This document shows positions 43,604-54,131 of a DNA stretch of 64,000 nt, in pieces. Position 1 is the stretch's first letter. Every line of letters begins with the position of its first letter. Origin of the DNA: an uncultured Actinomycetota bacterium. GTDB taxonomy: Bacteria > Actinomycetota > Actinomycetes > Mycobacteriales > Mycobacteriaceae. The stretch covers positions 104,982 through 168,981 of the forward strand of contig CAVQTL010000015.1 in assembly GCA_963716505.1 (NCBI GenBank). The letters are read 5' to 3'. Under the pieces are notes generated by a model. It had not been told where the DNA came from. It did no database searches and saw nothing but the letters and a program-made list of their open reading frames with translations. The translations under genes and the position numbers were made by a program.

Positions 43604-44416
43604 ATGTGCGCGACATGCGGCTGCGGCGACGACAGCGCCGTCATCACCGTTGCGGGCCACGAGCACGAGCACCACCACGACCACAAGCACGACCACGACG
43701 GCCACACCCACACCGAGACCATCTCGCTGGAGCAGAAGGTTCTACAGAAAAACGATCTGCTCGCCGAGCAGAACCGGCAGTGGCTCGCCGGGCGCGGCAT
43801 CCTCGCGCTCAACGTGACCAGCTCACCCGGCGCGGGCAAGACGACGCTTCTCGAGCGCACCATCCGCGAGTTGACGGCCGACCGGCCCGTCGCCGTCATC
43901 GAAGGCGATCAGGAGACGTTGCTCGACGCCGAACGAATCCGCGCCGCGGGTGCGCGGGCAGTCCAGGTCAACACCGGGGCCGGCTGCCACCTCGACGCCG
44001 ACATGGTGCATCGCGCCCTGCACGCGCTCGCACCGGAATCCGGATCGCTGCTGTTCATCGAGAACGTCGGCAATCTCGTCTGCCCGGCGCTGTTCGATCT
44101 CGGCGAGCACAGCAAAGTGGTGGTCATCTCGGTGACCGAAGGTGCGGATAAGCCGCTCAAGTATCCGCACATGTTCGCCGCGGCGGGTCTCGTCATCATC
44201 AACAAGGTCGATCTGCTGCCGTATGTGGACTTCGATCTGGAGAAGTGCGCTGGCTACGCTCGCTCTGTTAACCCTGGCGTCAATATATTGCCGTTGTCCG
44301 CGACCACCGGTGAGGGTGTCCCGGCGTGGCACGAGTGGATCGATTCGCAGGCAGACGCAACGGCAAGCATATGGATGTCATTAGATTCCGTTGACAAGAC
44401 ATACGCGCCGGAGTAA
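43604..44416 (+). CDS. hypB: Hydrogenase nickel GTPase HypB
   Basis: MCATCGC, His-rich stretch, [29 protein letters not shown]. Confidence 0.96.
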   Translation: MCATCGCGDDSAVITVAGHEHEHHHDHKHDHDGHTHTETISLEQKVLQKNDLLAEQNRQWLAGRGILALNVTSSPGAGKTTLLERTIRELTADRPVAVIEGDQETLLDAERIRAAGARAVQVNTGAGCHLDADMVHRALHALAPESGSLLFIENVGNLVCPALFDLGEHSKVVVISVTEGADKPLKYPHMFAAAGLVIINKVDLLPYVDFDLEKCAGYARSVNPGVNILPLSATTGEGVPAWHEWIDSQADATASIWMSLDSVDKTYAPE

Positions 44417-44503
44417 ACCGAGAAACTAGCGCTCGAATAGACGGGCGCAAACGTCCATTGTGGCGATGGGGCTCCCAGCCCGGGCCCCGGGAAGCTGTGA
44501 CAC

Positions 44504-45559
44504 ATGCCAACTGAGGCAGCAGTCAAAGCGGAAGAAGCACTGATCCACGTTCTGTGGATCAACGCGGGGTTGAGTTGCGACGGCGATTCTGTGGCGCTGA
44601 CTGCCGCCACCCAACCCAGCATCGAGGAGATCGCCCTTGGCGCGCTCCCCGGCTTGCCGAAAATCGCCGTGCACTGGCCCCTTATCGATTTCGAGTGCGG
44701 ACCGAGCGGGGGGGCGGACGACTTCCTCGGATGGTTCTTCAAGGCCGAGCGGGGAGAATTGGACCCGTTCGTGCTGGTCGTCGAGGGTTCCATCCCGAAC
44801 GAGCAGCTCCACGACGAAGGCTACTGGTGCGGGTTCGGCAACGATCCGGCGACCGGGCAGCCGATGACGACAAGCGAATGGCTGGACCGGCTCGCGCCCA
44901 AGGCCACAGCGATCGTCGCGGTCGGAACCTGCGCGACCTACGGCGGTCTCCACGCCATGGCAGGCAACCCGACCGGAGCCATGGGTGTGCCGGACTATCT
45001 GGGGTGGGACTGGAAGAGCAAGGCGGGCATTCCGATCGTCTGCGTGCCGGGCTGCCCCGCGCATCCGGACAACATGGCCGAGACGCTGACGTACCTGCTC
45101 TACATGGCCACCGAGCAGGCCCCGATGATTCCGCTTGACGATGCGCTGCGACCGAAGTGGCTGTTCGGGGCGACCGTGCACGAGGGCTGTGACCGGGCCG
45201 GCTATTACGAACAAGGCGATTTTGCGACCGAGTACGGCTCGCCGAAATGCATTGTGAAGCTCGGCTGTTGGGGGCCTGTCGTCAAATGCAATGTGCCCAA
45301 GCGCGGCTGGATCAACGGCATCGGTGGGTGCCCGAACGTCGGCGGAATCTGCATCGGCTGCACGATGCCCGGCTTCCCGGACAAGTTCATGCCGTTCATG
45401 GACGAGCCCCCGGGCGGCACGCTCTCGTCGACCGCGTCGGGACTGTATGGGTCTTTGATCCGTCCCCTGCGTGGGATCACCGGGCGCACCCTCGACAAAG
45501 AACCGAAGTGGCGCCACCCCGGTAAGAAACTCGAAACCGGAGCGACCCGCACCTGGTAG
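44504..45559 (+). CDS. hhyS: Group 1h [NiFe]-hydrogenase small subunit
   Basis: No Tat signal; LSCDGDS (Asp in place of the second proximal-cluster Cys), GTCATYGG, VPGCPAHP, HEGCDRAG, CIVKLGCWGP, GGICIGC. Confidence 0.93.
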   Translation: MPTEAAVKAEEALIHVLWINAGLSCDGDSVALTAATQPSIEEIALGALPGLPKIAVHWPLIDFECGPSGGADDFLGWFFKAERGELDPFVLVVEGSIPNEQLHDEGYWCGFGNDPATGQPMTTSEWLDRLAPKATAIVAVGTCATYGGLHAMAGNPTGAMGVPDYLGWDWKSKAGIPIVCVPGCPAHPDNMAETLTYLLYMATEQAPMIPLDDALRPKWLFGATVHEGCDRAGYYEQGDFATEYGSPKCIVKLGCWGPVVKCNVPKRGWINGIGGCPNVGGICIGCTMPGFPDKFMPFMDEPPGGTLSSTASGLYGSLIRPLRGITGRTLDKEPKWRHPGKKLETGATRTW

Positions 45560-45650
45560 GCGGGTCGCTTCGGCGCACACGGCGGGCGTTGGCCCGGTTT
45601 GGCGAAATGCCCTGTGGCGCAGTGGACCCCAGATAGAGAGAGAATTTGCG

Positions 45651-47447
45651 ATGACAACGATCATCCCCGAGCCGTCACACGTCAAGCGCGATCCCGGCCA
45701 GCTTGTCGAGATGGCATGGGATCCCATCACCCGAATCGTCGGCAGCCTCGGCATCTACACCAAGATCGACTTCGAGAACAAAGAAGTCGTCGAGTGCCAC
45801 AGCACGTCGTCGATCTTCCGTGGCTACTCGATCTTCATGAAGGGCAAGGACCCCCGCGACGCCCACTTCATCACCAGCCGCATCTGCGGCATCTGCGGAG
45901 ACAACCACTGCACGTGTTCCTGCTATTGCCAGAACATGGCGTACGGCGTCAAGCCGCCGCACCTCGGTGAGTGGCTGATCAATCTCGGCGAAGCCGCGGA
46001 ATACATGTTCGACCACAACATCTTCCAAGAAAACCTGGTCGGCGTGGACTACTGCGAGAAGATGGTGTCGGAGACCAATCCCGGCGTGCTGGCCAAGGCC
46101 GAGAACACGCAGGCACCGAATGCCGAGGCGCACGGCTACCGGACGATCGCCGAGATAATGCGTGCACTCAATCCGTTCACGGGCGAGTTCTACCGCGAGG
46201 CGCTGCAGGTCAGCCGGTGGACGCGAGAGATGTTCTGCCTCATGGAAGGCCGCCACGTCCATCCGTCCACGCTGTATCCGGGCGGCATCGGCACCACCGC
46301 GACCATTCAGCTGATGACCGACTACATGTCGCGGCTGATGCGCTATGTCGAGTTCATGAAGAAGGTCGTGCCGATGCACGACGACCTGTTCGACTTCTTC
46401 TATGAAGCGCTGCCCGGTTACGACCAGGTGGGGCTTCGCCGCACCCTGCTCGGCTGCTGGGGCTCGTTCCAGGACCCCGAGGTCTGCAACTTCGATTACA
46501 AGGACATGGAGGCGTGGGGCAACGCCATGTTCGTCACGCCCGGCGTGGTGATCGACGGCAAGCTGCACACCCACTCGCTTGTGGACATCAACCTCGGCAT
46601 CCGAATCTTGTTGGGCCACTCGTATTACGACGACTGGACCGATCAGGAGATGTTCGTCAAGACCGACCCGCTGGGCAATCCGATTGATCGGCGCCATCCG
46701 TGGAACCAGCACACCAACCCGCGTCCGCAGAAGCGTGACCTCGACGGTAACTACAGCTGGGTGATGTCCCCACGCTGGTTCGACGGCACGGACCATTTGG
46801 CGCTGGATACCGGCGGCGGCCCGCTGGCCCGGCTCTGGTCGACGGCACTGGCCGGCCTGGTCGACATCGGCTACGTCAAGGCCACCGGCAACAGCGTGCA
46901 GATCAACCTGCCGAAGACCGCGCTCAAGGGCCCGGTTTCGCTGGAGTGGAAGGTGCCGCAGTACGGCAGCAACACGATCGAGCGCAACCGCGCCCGCACG
47001 TACTTCCAGGCCTACGCCGCCGCATGCGCACTGCATTTCGCCGAGAAGTCTCTGGTCGAGATCCGCGCAGGCCGCACGAAGACGTGGGAGAAGTTCGACG
47101 TGCCCAAGGAGGGCATCGGCTGCGGGTTCACCGAGGCGGTGCGCGGAGTGCTCAGCCACCACATGGTCATCCGCGACGGCAAGATCGCGAACTACCATCC
47201 GTACCCGCCGACACCGTGGAACGCGAATCCACGCGACAGCTACGGCACGCCCGGCCCGTACGAGGACGCTGTTCAGGGTCAGCCGATCTTCGAGGAGAAC
47301 GATCGAGAGCACTTCAAGGGCATCGACATCATGCGCACGGTGCGCAGCTTCGATCCGTGCCTGCCCTGCGGTGTGCACATGTATCTGGGCAAGGGGAAGA
47401 CGCTGGAGAGGTTGCACTCCCCCACCCAATCCGTCACCGGGGAATGA
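45651..47447 (+). CDS. hhyL: Group 1h [NiFe]-hydrogenase large subunit
   Basis: L1 SRICGICGDNH, L2 SFDPCLPCGVH, EAVRGVLSH. Confidence 0.95.
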   Translation: MTTIIPEPSHVKRDPGQLVEMAWDPITRIVGSLGIYTKIDFENKEVVECHSTSSIFRGYSIFMKGKDPRDAHFITSRICGICGDNHCTCSCYCQNMAYGVKPPHLGEWLINLGEAAEYMFDHNIFQENLVGVDYCEKMVSETNPGVLAKAENTQAPNAEAHGYRTIAEIMRALNPFTGEFYREALQVSRWTREMFCLMEGRHVHPSTLYPGGIGTTATIQLMTDYMSRLMRYVEFMKKVVPMHDDLFDFFYEALPGYDQVGLRRTLLGCWGSFQDPEVCNFDYKDMEAWGNAMFVTPGVVIDGKLHTHSLVDINLGIRILLGHSYYDDWTDQEMFVKTDPLGNPIDRRHPWNQHTNPRPQKRDLDGNYSWVMSPRWFDGTDHLALDTGGGPLARLWSTALAGLVDIGYVKATGNSVQINLPKTALKGPVSLEWKVPQYGSNTIERNRARTYFQAYAAACALHFAEKSLVEIRAGRTKTWEKFDVPKEGIGCGFTEAVRGVLSHHMVIRDGKIANYHPYPPTPWNANPRDSYGTPGPYEDAVQGQPIFEENDREHFKGIDIMRTVRSFDPCLPCGVHMYLGKGKTLERLHSPTQSVTGE

Positions 47448-47450
47448 CAT

Positions 47451-48371
47451 ATGCCGCATCGCCCGGACAATCCCGAACAAGACGCGCAGTGGCGCACGGC
47501 GGGCGATCGGATACAGAACCTCCTCGACGCCAGCGCAGTCGGTGGCGCCGTCGCGCGCGAGCGTGCGGAGCAGCTGGTCGGTGAGGTAACCGACCTCTAC
47601 GGCGCCGGCCTCGAGCGGATATTCACTATGGCTGTCCAAGCACAGCCCACGCTCGCGGACGCATTGGTGGCCGACAACCTCATCGCCAGCCTGCTGCTGG
47701 TGCACGGCTTGCATCCGCACGATGTTGAGCGGCGGATCGAGGACGCGCTGGACAGCGTGCGGCCCTACCTCGGGTCCCATGGCGGCGACGTCCATCTCCT
47801 CGAGGTCGACGAGCAGGTTGTTCGGTTGCAGTTCGCTGGCAGCTGCAAGAGCTGTCCGTCGTCGTCGGTCACCCTCGAGCTGGCCGTCGAGGACGCCGTA
47901 CGCGCTGCAGCACCGGAGATTTCGTCGATTGAGGTGGTGACCGCGGACGCGGATGCCAAACCGGCCGCGGTGATTCCGGCGGACAGCCTGATGAGCCGCG
48001 TACGCACGCAACCGCAAGGGCATATGTGGCATCCAGTGCCCGACATCGCCGAACTCGCGCCGGGAGAGGTCGGTGGGTTCGCGGTCGCGGGCACCACCGT
48101 GCTGGCCTGCCGACTCGACGACCGGCTGTTCGCTTACCGGGACCGCTGCGGAGCGTGCGGTGAGTCGCTCGCGGGCGCGGTGCTGCATCGGCGGCTGGGT
48201 TCGGCCGACGCCGTGCTGCGGTGCCCACGCTGCCATGCGCATTTCGACGTCGTGCACGCGGGTGCCTGCGTCGACGGGAACGGCTCTGCCCAGGCCCATC
48301 TCGAGCCGGTACCGCTGTTGGAGCGCGACGGAGTCCTTTCGATGGCGGTCGCCGAGGCGGTGGCGTCATGA
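47451..48371 (+). CDS. hhyE: NifU/NfuA-like plus Rieske-like Fe-S protein
   Basis: VRPYLGSHGGD, GSCKSCPSS (CxxC), then CGAC...CPRCHAHF; position matches the M. smegmatis hhy operon as I recall it. Confidence 0.8.
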   Translation: MPHRPDNPEQDAQWRTAGDRIQNLLDASAVGGAVARERAEQLVGEVTDLYGAGLERIFTMAVQAQPTLADALVADNLIASLLLVHGLHPHDVERRIEDALDSVRPYLGSHGGDVHLLEVDEQVVRLQFAGSCKSCPSSSVTLELAVEDAVRAAAPEISSIEVVTADADAKPAAVIPADSLMSRVRTQPQGHMWHPVPDIAELAPGEVGGFAVAGTTVLACRLDDRLFAYRDRCGACGESLAGAVLHRRLGSADAVLRCPRCHAHFDVVHAGACVDGNGSAQAHLEPVPLLERDGVLSMAVAEAVAS

Positions 48372-49000
48372 CGGGTGCGTATGACGTCCTGGCTCGTATC
48401 CGTGCTGCCAGGACGGCGCCACAGCCGGCAGGCGAACGGTGCGAGATGTGTTCGGAGTCGATCGCCGACGAGCACCAGCATGTGGTGAATGTCGAAGGCA
48501 GACAATTGATGTGCGTCTGCCGAGGGTGCTACCTGCTGTTCTCCGACGAACAGGCCGAGTTGCGCTATCGCGCCGTCCCCGACCGCTATCTCGTCTTCCC
48601 GGGCTTCGCGCTGGACCGGCGGCACTGGGAGGTGCTCCAGATACCGGTGGGGCTCGCGTTCATCTTCCGGAACTCGGCGCTGGACCGGACCGTGGCGTTC
48701 TACCCAGGTCCTGCAGGAGCGACAGAATCGGAGCTCGACCTGGCGGCCTGGAACGATATCCGCGCAGCCGACCCGCGGGTGGAGATGCTCGCCGACGACA
48801 CCGAGGCCGTCCTGGTGCGGGTGCCCGACGACGAAACCGCCGCGCCGCAGAGCTATCTGCTGCCCATCGACGCGTGTTACGAGTTCGTGGGCCGGCTGCG
48901 GATGTTGTGGCACGGCTTCGACGGCGGACAGCAGGTGCGGGAGTTCATCGACGAGTTCTTTGCCCTACTCGACGAACGCAGCAAGGTCGTCGCGAGATGA
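48368..49000 (+). CDS. Hydrogenase-associated hypothetical protein (DUF5947-like)
   Basis: CEMC...HQH...CVCRGC; FYPGPAGATES; PIDACYEFVG. Confidence 0.85.
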   Translation: MTGAYDVLARIRAARTAPQPAGERCEMCSESIADEHQHVVNVEGRQLMCVCRGCYLLFSDEQAELRYRAVPDRYLVFPGFALDRRHWEVLQIPVGLAFIFRNSALDRTVAFYPGPAGATESELDLAAWNDIRAADPRVEMLADDTEAVLVRVPDDETAAPQSYLLPIDACYEFVGRLRMLWHGFDGGQQVREFIDEFFALLDERSKVVAR

Positions 49001-49641
49001 CAGATGTCACGTTCGCCGTCGTCGAGGTTGAGCCGGAGCCCTATGCGGTCACCCCGATTCTGAACGCGCGACTGGGCATTGCAGCGGTCGGCGACGATCC
49101 CATCCACGCGATCGCGTTGCGCTGCCAGGTCCGCATCGAACCCATGCGACGCGGCTACTCCGAGGACGAGGGAGCGGGTCTGGTCGACTTGTTCGGGCCG
49201 CGGGAACGGTGGGCGACCACGATGCACAACTTTCAGTGGCTGCAGACCACCGCGATGGTGCAGGGATTCAGCGGCGCCACCCAGGTCAATCTCCCGCTGG
49301 AGTGCACATATGACTTCGAGGTGGCGGCCTCGAAGTATCTGCACGCCCTGCGGGACGGCGCGGTGCCGCTGCAATTCCTGTTCAGCGGAACGGTCTTCTC
49401 AAAGGGCTCGCGCGGCTTCGCGGTGCAGCAGGTGCCGTGGGATCGAGAGGACCGCTTCGAGATGCCGGTGTCGGTGTGGCGGGACCTGATGCAATCGCAC
49501 TATCCGAACACCGGTTGGCTGCGGCTGGACCAAAACACCATCGACGCCCTTGTGGCGTACCGTTCGGCGCGCGGTCTTCTCTCTCTCGACGATGCGGTCA
49601 CCACGCTCCTTGCGGCCAGCTCGACCGAGGAGCTCCGATGA
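48997..49641 (+). CDS. Hydrogenase-associated hypothetical protein (DUF6084-like)
   Basis: IALRCQVRIEP, DLFG..ERW..T, LECTYDFEV, FLFSGTVF, VPWDRE. Confidence 0.85.
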   Translation: MTDVTFAVVEVEPEPYAVTPILNARLGIAAVGDDPIHAIALRCQVRIEPMRRGYSEDEGAGLVDLFGPRERWATTMHNFQWLQTTAMVQGFSGATQVNLPLECTYDFEVAASKYLHALRDGAVPLQFLFSGTVFSKGSRGFAVQQVPWDREDRFEMPVSVWRDLMQSHYPNTGWLRLDQNTIDALVAYRSARGLLSLDDAVTTLLAASSTEELR

Positions 49642-50981
49642 CCGCCGACTGGGTTCGCGCCCGCGCCGTCGCCGACGCGGTGCTCTACGAGGGCTATCTG
49701 CTGTACCCCTATCGCGCCAACTCACGAAAGAACCAGACGCGCTGGCAGTTCGGGGTGCTCGGGCCCTCCGGCGCCGCCGAAGCCGGCATCGGCGAAGACG
49801 ACTCGCTGTCCGCACAGGTCATCGTCGCGCCGCGGACAAGGCCGACGGTGTCGGTCGTGGTGCGCTTTCTGCAGCTGCAACACCGCGGCGTCGAGAAGGA
49901 TGTGGGCGACGGCCGCTTCGAACCGGTCGAAGAGCTGGTGGCGGGATCGCAATCCTGGCTGCGGTGGGACGAGGCCATCGAACGCGAGATCTCGTTCGGA
50001 CCGCTCGACATCGAATCGGGTCTGCCGCAAACGCTTCCGATCGAGATCGACGCGGGCACCGACATCGAGACGGTCGATGGCGGAATCCTGGTCCGCACCC
50101 GTCGAGCGTTACGGGCACGGCTGAAGATCGCCGCGGAACGCGACGACGGGTTTGTCCGCCTCACGATGACGGTGCACAACACCGCTGCGTCCGCCACGGA
50201 CAAAGACGAAGCGATCGCTGTGTCACTCATCGGCACGCACCTCGTCGCCGAAGTCGCAGGCGGCGACTTCGTGTCCCTACTCGAACCACCGGCGTCGGCC
50301 GACAGCGCAGTCGCCAGGTGCCGGCACCACCGCTGCTTCCCGGTGTTGGCCGGACCGCCCGGCGACCATGCGCTGGTACTGGTTTCGCCGATCATCCTGT
50401 ACGACCACCCGGAGATTGCCGAGCAGAGCGAGGGCGCGCTGTACGACTCGACCGAGATCGACGAGATCCTCACACTGCGCATCATGACGATGACCGACGA
50501 GGAGAAGTCGGCGGCCCGCGCCACCGATCCGCTCGCCGCGCAGATCATCGACCGGTGTGACTCGATGTCGCCCGAGGCGTTGCTGAACCTGCACGGCGTG
50601 CTGCGCAATCCGCACGCCGTCGACGACTCCGCGGGCCTGATCCCCGAAGTACCCGAGGGCGTGGACTGGTGGGACCCGTTGGCCGACAACGCCGTCGCAC
50701 CCGATATCGACGCCGTGCTGGTCAATGGCATGCGGGTGAGCCGAGGTAGCCGCGTGCGGCTGCACCCGGCACGCCGGGCCGATGCGCAAGACCTGTTCTT
50801 CGCGGACAAGATCGCACGTGTCACCTCGGTGCACGAAACCGTGGACGGAGACCAACACGTCGGCGTGGTCATCGAGGACGACCCTGCCGCCGACCTGCAC
50901 GAGTGGTACGGCCGCTACCTGTACTTCGCACCCGATGAGGTCGAACCGTTGAGTGAAAGGAATCCGAAATGCAAGCAGTAG
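49638..50981 (+). CDS. Hydrogenase-associated hypothetical protein
   Basis: DAVLYEGYLLYPYR, RWQFG, SPIILYDHP, DSTEIDEILTLR; translationally coupled to both neighbours. Confidence 0.87.
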   Translation: MTADWVRARAVADAVLYEGYLLYPYRANSRKNQTRWQFGVLGPSGAAEAGIGEDDSLSAQVIVAPRTRPTVSVVVRFLQLQHRGVEKDVGDGRFEPVEELVAGSQSWLRWDEAIEREISFGPLDIESGLPQTLPIEIDAGTDIETVDGGILVRTRRALRARLKIAAERDDGFVRLTMTVHNTAASATDKDEAIAVSLIGTHLVAEVAGGDFVSLLEPPASADSAVARCRHHRCFPVLAGPPGDHALVLVSPIILYDHPEIAEQSEGALYDSTEIDEILTLRIMTMTDEEKSAARATDPLAAQIIDRCDSMSPEALLNLHGVLRNPHAVDDSAGLIPEVPEGVDWWDPLADNAVAPDIDAVLVNGMRVSRGSRVRLHPARRADAQDLFFADKIARVTSVHETVDGDQHVGVVIEDDPAADLHEWYGRYLYFAPDEVEPLSERNPKCKQ

Positions 50982-51088
50982 GTGTCACGGCCACCGTCAT
51001 AGCGGGCGTCATTGTGCTCGGTGCAGTTGTGATAGGCGTCCGCTCGCTGCCAGATCTGCAGCGGTACCTCAAGATTCGGCGCATGTAG
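50969..51088 (+). CDS. 39-aa single-TM protein missing from the ORF track
   Basis: MQAVGVTATVIAGVIVLGAVVIGVRSLPDLQRYLKIRRM*; GAAAGG RBS; overlaps the upstream stop. Confidence 0.75.
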   Translation: MQAVGVTATVIAGVIVLGAVVIGVRSLPDLQRYLKIRRM

Positions 51089-51092
51089 GCGA

Positions 51093-51586
51093 TTGCGAGG
51101 TGGTATCACGTCCCAGATTCTGGTAGCCGGTATCGGCAACATCTTCCTCGGCGACGACGGATTCGGACCCGAGGTGATGCGGCACGTACCCGAACATGTC
51201 GCGGGCCTGCGAGTCCGAGTGGTGGATTACGGAATCCGAGGCATGCACCTGGCCTACGACCTGCTCGACGGCTGCGACGCGTTGGTGCTCGTCGACGCCC
51301 TGCCCAACCGCGGGTCGCCGGGCACCCTGCACGTCTTCGAGGCCGATCATGAAACGCTCTCGGCGGGAGTCGGTTTAGATGCCCACGCGATGGATCCCGC
51401 CGCCGTGTTCGCCAGCCTCGCCGCGCTCGGCGGGAGGCGCCGTACACCGTCGTGATCGGTTGTGAGGTGGACGATATCGACGAACGGATGGGCTTGTCCG
51501 CTGCCGTCGCTGCTACCGTCCCCGACGCCGTGAAGGCGATCGAAGAAGTCGTCGGCCGCCTCGTCAATGATGCGAAGGTCGGCTGA
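51093..51586 (+). CDS. Hydrogenase maturation protease (HupD/HybD family), -1 frameshift at about 51437
   Basis: GIGNIFLGDDGFG, LVDA, LDAHAMDP; tail PYTVVIGCE...GLSAAV in another frame; length 494 = 3n+2; exact start uncertain. Confidence 0.85.
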
Positions 51587-51589
51587 ACC

Positions 51590-51844
51590 ATGTGTCTCGG
51601 AATACCCGGCCGGGTCGTCCAGATGCTGGATGGCTATGGCGGCCAACTGGCCCTTGTCGACGTGGCGGGCGAGAACCGCAAGGTCAACATCGGCATGATG
51701 CCGGAGGAGACATTCGCACCGGGTGACTGGGTGATCATCCACATGGGCTTCGTCGTCGAGAAGACCGACGAGGCGGGCGCCGACGCCGCCATGGCTGGCC
51801 TCAAGATGATGGGCAGCGGCGAGGATTTCGGGGAGTCACGATGA
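51590..51844 (+). CDS. hypC: Hydrogenase chaperone HypC, copy 1
   Basis: MCLGIPG, GDWVIIHMGF. Confidence 0.93.
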   Translation: MCLGIPGRVVQMLDGYGGQLALVDVAGENRKVNIGMMPEETFAPGDWVIIHMGFVVEKTDEAGADAAMAGLKMMGSGEDFGESR

Positions 51845-54129
51845 CCGGGCGGCGCCGGTTGCGGGTTTGCGTGCGGGGCGTCGTACAGGGCGTCGGTTTC
51901 CGGCCGTTCGTCTACACGTGTGCCGCTGCACATGCACTAAGCGGCTCCGTGCGTAACGACAGCTCCGGCGCGATCATCGAGATCGAAGGCGAAGCAACGG
52001 ATCTCGACGATTTCCTGGCCGGGCTCACGCATCGCGCCCCGCCGCTCGCTGTCATCGAATCCGTTGAGACGCAGGAAATCCCCGTCGTCGGCGGCACCGG
52101 CTTCGTGATCGCCGATACGTCGCGGTCCGACGGCGGCCGCACGCTCACCTCACCCGACGTCGCCATGTGCGCCGAGTGCGCAGCAGAACAGCGTGACCCG
52201 GCGAACCGGCGTTACCGGCACGCCTTCGTCAACTGCACCAACTGCGGTCCACGGTTCACCATCATCGCCTCGCTGCCCTATGACCGCGCGAACACCACGA
52301 TGGCCCCGTTCCCGATGTGCGCGGACTGCGCGCGCGAATACCACGATCCGGCCGATCGGCGGTTCCACGCCCAGCCGATCTGCTGCCCGAACTGCGGGCC
52401 GACACTGAGATACCGGACCGGCGACGACGGCATGACCGAAGGCGAAACGGCGCTGCGCCACGCCCGGCAATTGCTGCGCGACGGCGGCATCCTCGCCGTC
52501 AAAGGCCTCGGCGGCTACCACCTGGCCTGCGATGCCGACAACGAGTCCGCGGTCGCAGAGCTGCGGCACCGCAAGCGACGCGGAGACAAACCGTTCGCGG
52601 TGATGGTGCCCGGCCTGGCCACCGCGCACCGCATCGCCGCCGTCGACAAAGCGTCGGAACGGTTGCTTGCCGGCCCGCAGCGTCCTATCGTGCTGATGCC
52701 CCGGTCGGCGGGCGCACCAGTCGCCGCATCGGTCGCACCTCACAACCCCGATCTCGGTGTGATGCTCGCCTACACGCCGCTGCACACCCTGCTGTTCGGC
52801 CTGACCGAGGACAAACCGGGACCGTCCGTACTGGTGATGACATCGGGGAATCTCGGTGGCGAGCCGATCTGCTTCGCCGACGACGATGCGCTCGAACGGC
52901 TTTCGCATCTCGCCGACGGCTGGCTGATGCACGACCGAGCCATCCTTGTGCCGTGCGATGACTCGGTGGTGCGGGTCGTTGACGCCATGGAGCTGCCCAT
53001 CAGGCGCTCCCGCGGCTATGCGCCGATGCCGGTGGCGCTTCCGGTGCCGGTGCCATCGACGCTGGCCGTCGGCGGCGATCTCAAGAACACGTTTGCCGTC
53101 GCCGACCGGAAGTACGCCTGGCTGAGCCAGCACATCGGCGATATGGACGACCTGGCCACGTTGTCGGCGTTCGACTCCGCCGAACGGCAACTCGAATCGT
53201 TGACCGGCGTCGCCCCGGAAATCGTTGTCGCGGACTCACATCCGGGCTATCGGTCCACTGAGTGGGCGCAGCGCAATGCCGGCGAGCGACCGGTCCGATC
53301 GGTACAGCACCATCACGCACACATCGCCGCTGTGATGGCCGAGCACGGGTTGGACGGGTCACAGCGCGTGCTCGGCTTCGCGTTCGACGGAACCGGCTAC
53401 GGATCCGACGGGGCGATCTGGGGCGGCGAAGTGCTGCTGGCCGACTACAAGGGCTATCAGCGGCTGGCGCACCTGAAGTACGTTCCATTGGCCGGTGGCG
53501 ACGTCGGCGTGCTGCGGCCCTACCGGATGGCGCTGTCACATCTGTGGGCTGCCGGCCTTGACTGGGACGGCGCTCTCCCACCGGTGCGCGCATGCCCCGG
53601 TGACGAGCGCCGAATACTGCTGCACCAGCTCGAGACCGGGCTCGGCTGCGCGCCGACATCCAGCATGGGCCGGCTTTTCGACGCGGTGTCATCGCTGGTC
53701 GGCGTCCGGCAGACCGTCGCATACGAGGCCCAGGCGGCCATTGAGCTTGAAGGCATCAGCCGCGACCGTGACGCCGGTGGAGCCACGTATTCCTTCGACG
53801 TCGACGACGGCCAGTCACCGGCGGTCATCGACCCGGCTCCCGTTATCGCGGCGGTCGTCGCCGACATCCGCGCCGGCGTTGCGCAGGGGGTCATCGGAGC
53901 AAAGTTCCATCGCGCGGTCGCCGATCTGGTCGTCGACCTCGCAGCGATCGAGGACACCGGCGGCCAACCGATCGCGTTGTCCGGCGGAGTGTTCCAGAAC
54001 GTGTTGCTGCTGCGGCTGGTGCTGGACGGCCTTCGGGCCAAGGGATACCGGGTGATCACCCACCGTCTTGTTCCGCCCAACGACGGCGGTATCGCACTTG
54101 GACAGCTTCTGGTCGGGACGGCGGGGTAG
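51841..54129 (+). CDS. hypF: Carbamoyltransferase HypF
   Basis: GVVQGVGFRP, Zn fingers CAEC/CTNC/CADC/CPNC, HHHAH, DGTGYG, PNDGGIALGQ. Confidence 0.97.
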   Translation: MTGRRRLRVCVRGVVQGVGFRPFVYTCAAAHALSGSVRNDSSGAIIEIEGEATDLDDFLAGLTHRAPPLAVIESVETQEIPVVGGTGFVIADTSRSDGGRTLTSPDVAMCAECAAEQRDPANRRYRHAFVNCTNCGPRFTIIASLPYDRANTTMAPFPMCADCAREYHDPADRRFHAQPICCPNCGPTLRYRTGDDGMTEGETALRHARQLLRDGGILAVKGLGGYHLACDADNESAVAELRHRKRRGDKPFAVMVPGLATAHRIAAVDKASERLLAGPQRPIVLMPRSAGAPVAASVAPHNPDLGVMLAYTPLHTLLFGLTEDKPGPSVLVMTSGNLGGEPICFADDDALERLSHLADGWLMHDRAILVPCDDSVVRVVDAMELPIRRSRGYAPMPVALPVPVPSTLAVGGDLKNTFAVADRKYAWLSQHIGDMDDLATLSAFDSAERQLESLTGVAPEIVVADSHPGYRSTEWAQRNAGERPVRSVQHHHAHIAAVMAEHGLDGSQRVLGFAFDGTGYGSDGAIWGGEVLLADYKGYQRLAHLKYVPLAGGDVGVLRPYRMALSHLWAAGLDWDGALPPVRACPGDERRILLHQLETGLGCAPTSSMGRLFDAVSSLVGVRQTVAYEAQAAIELEGISRDRDAGGATYSFDVDDGQSPAVIDPAPVIAAVVADIRAGVAQGVIGAKFHRAVADLVVDLAAIEDTGGQPIALSGGVFQNVLLLRLVLDGLRAKGYRVITHRLVPPNDGGIALGQLLVGTAG

Positions 54130-54131
54130 CA

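Noticed and set aside
45675-48299. 874-aa minus-strand ORF and other long antisense ORFs (e.g. 1220-2410, 10193-11575, 26060-27439)
   Set aside because: Shadow ORFs opposite well-conserved genes, expected from high-GC codon bias; no recognisable motifs.
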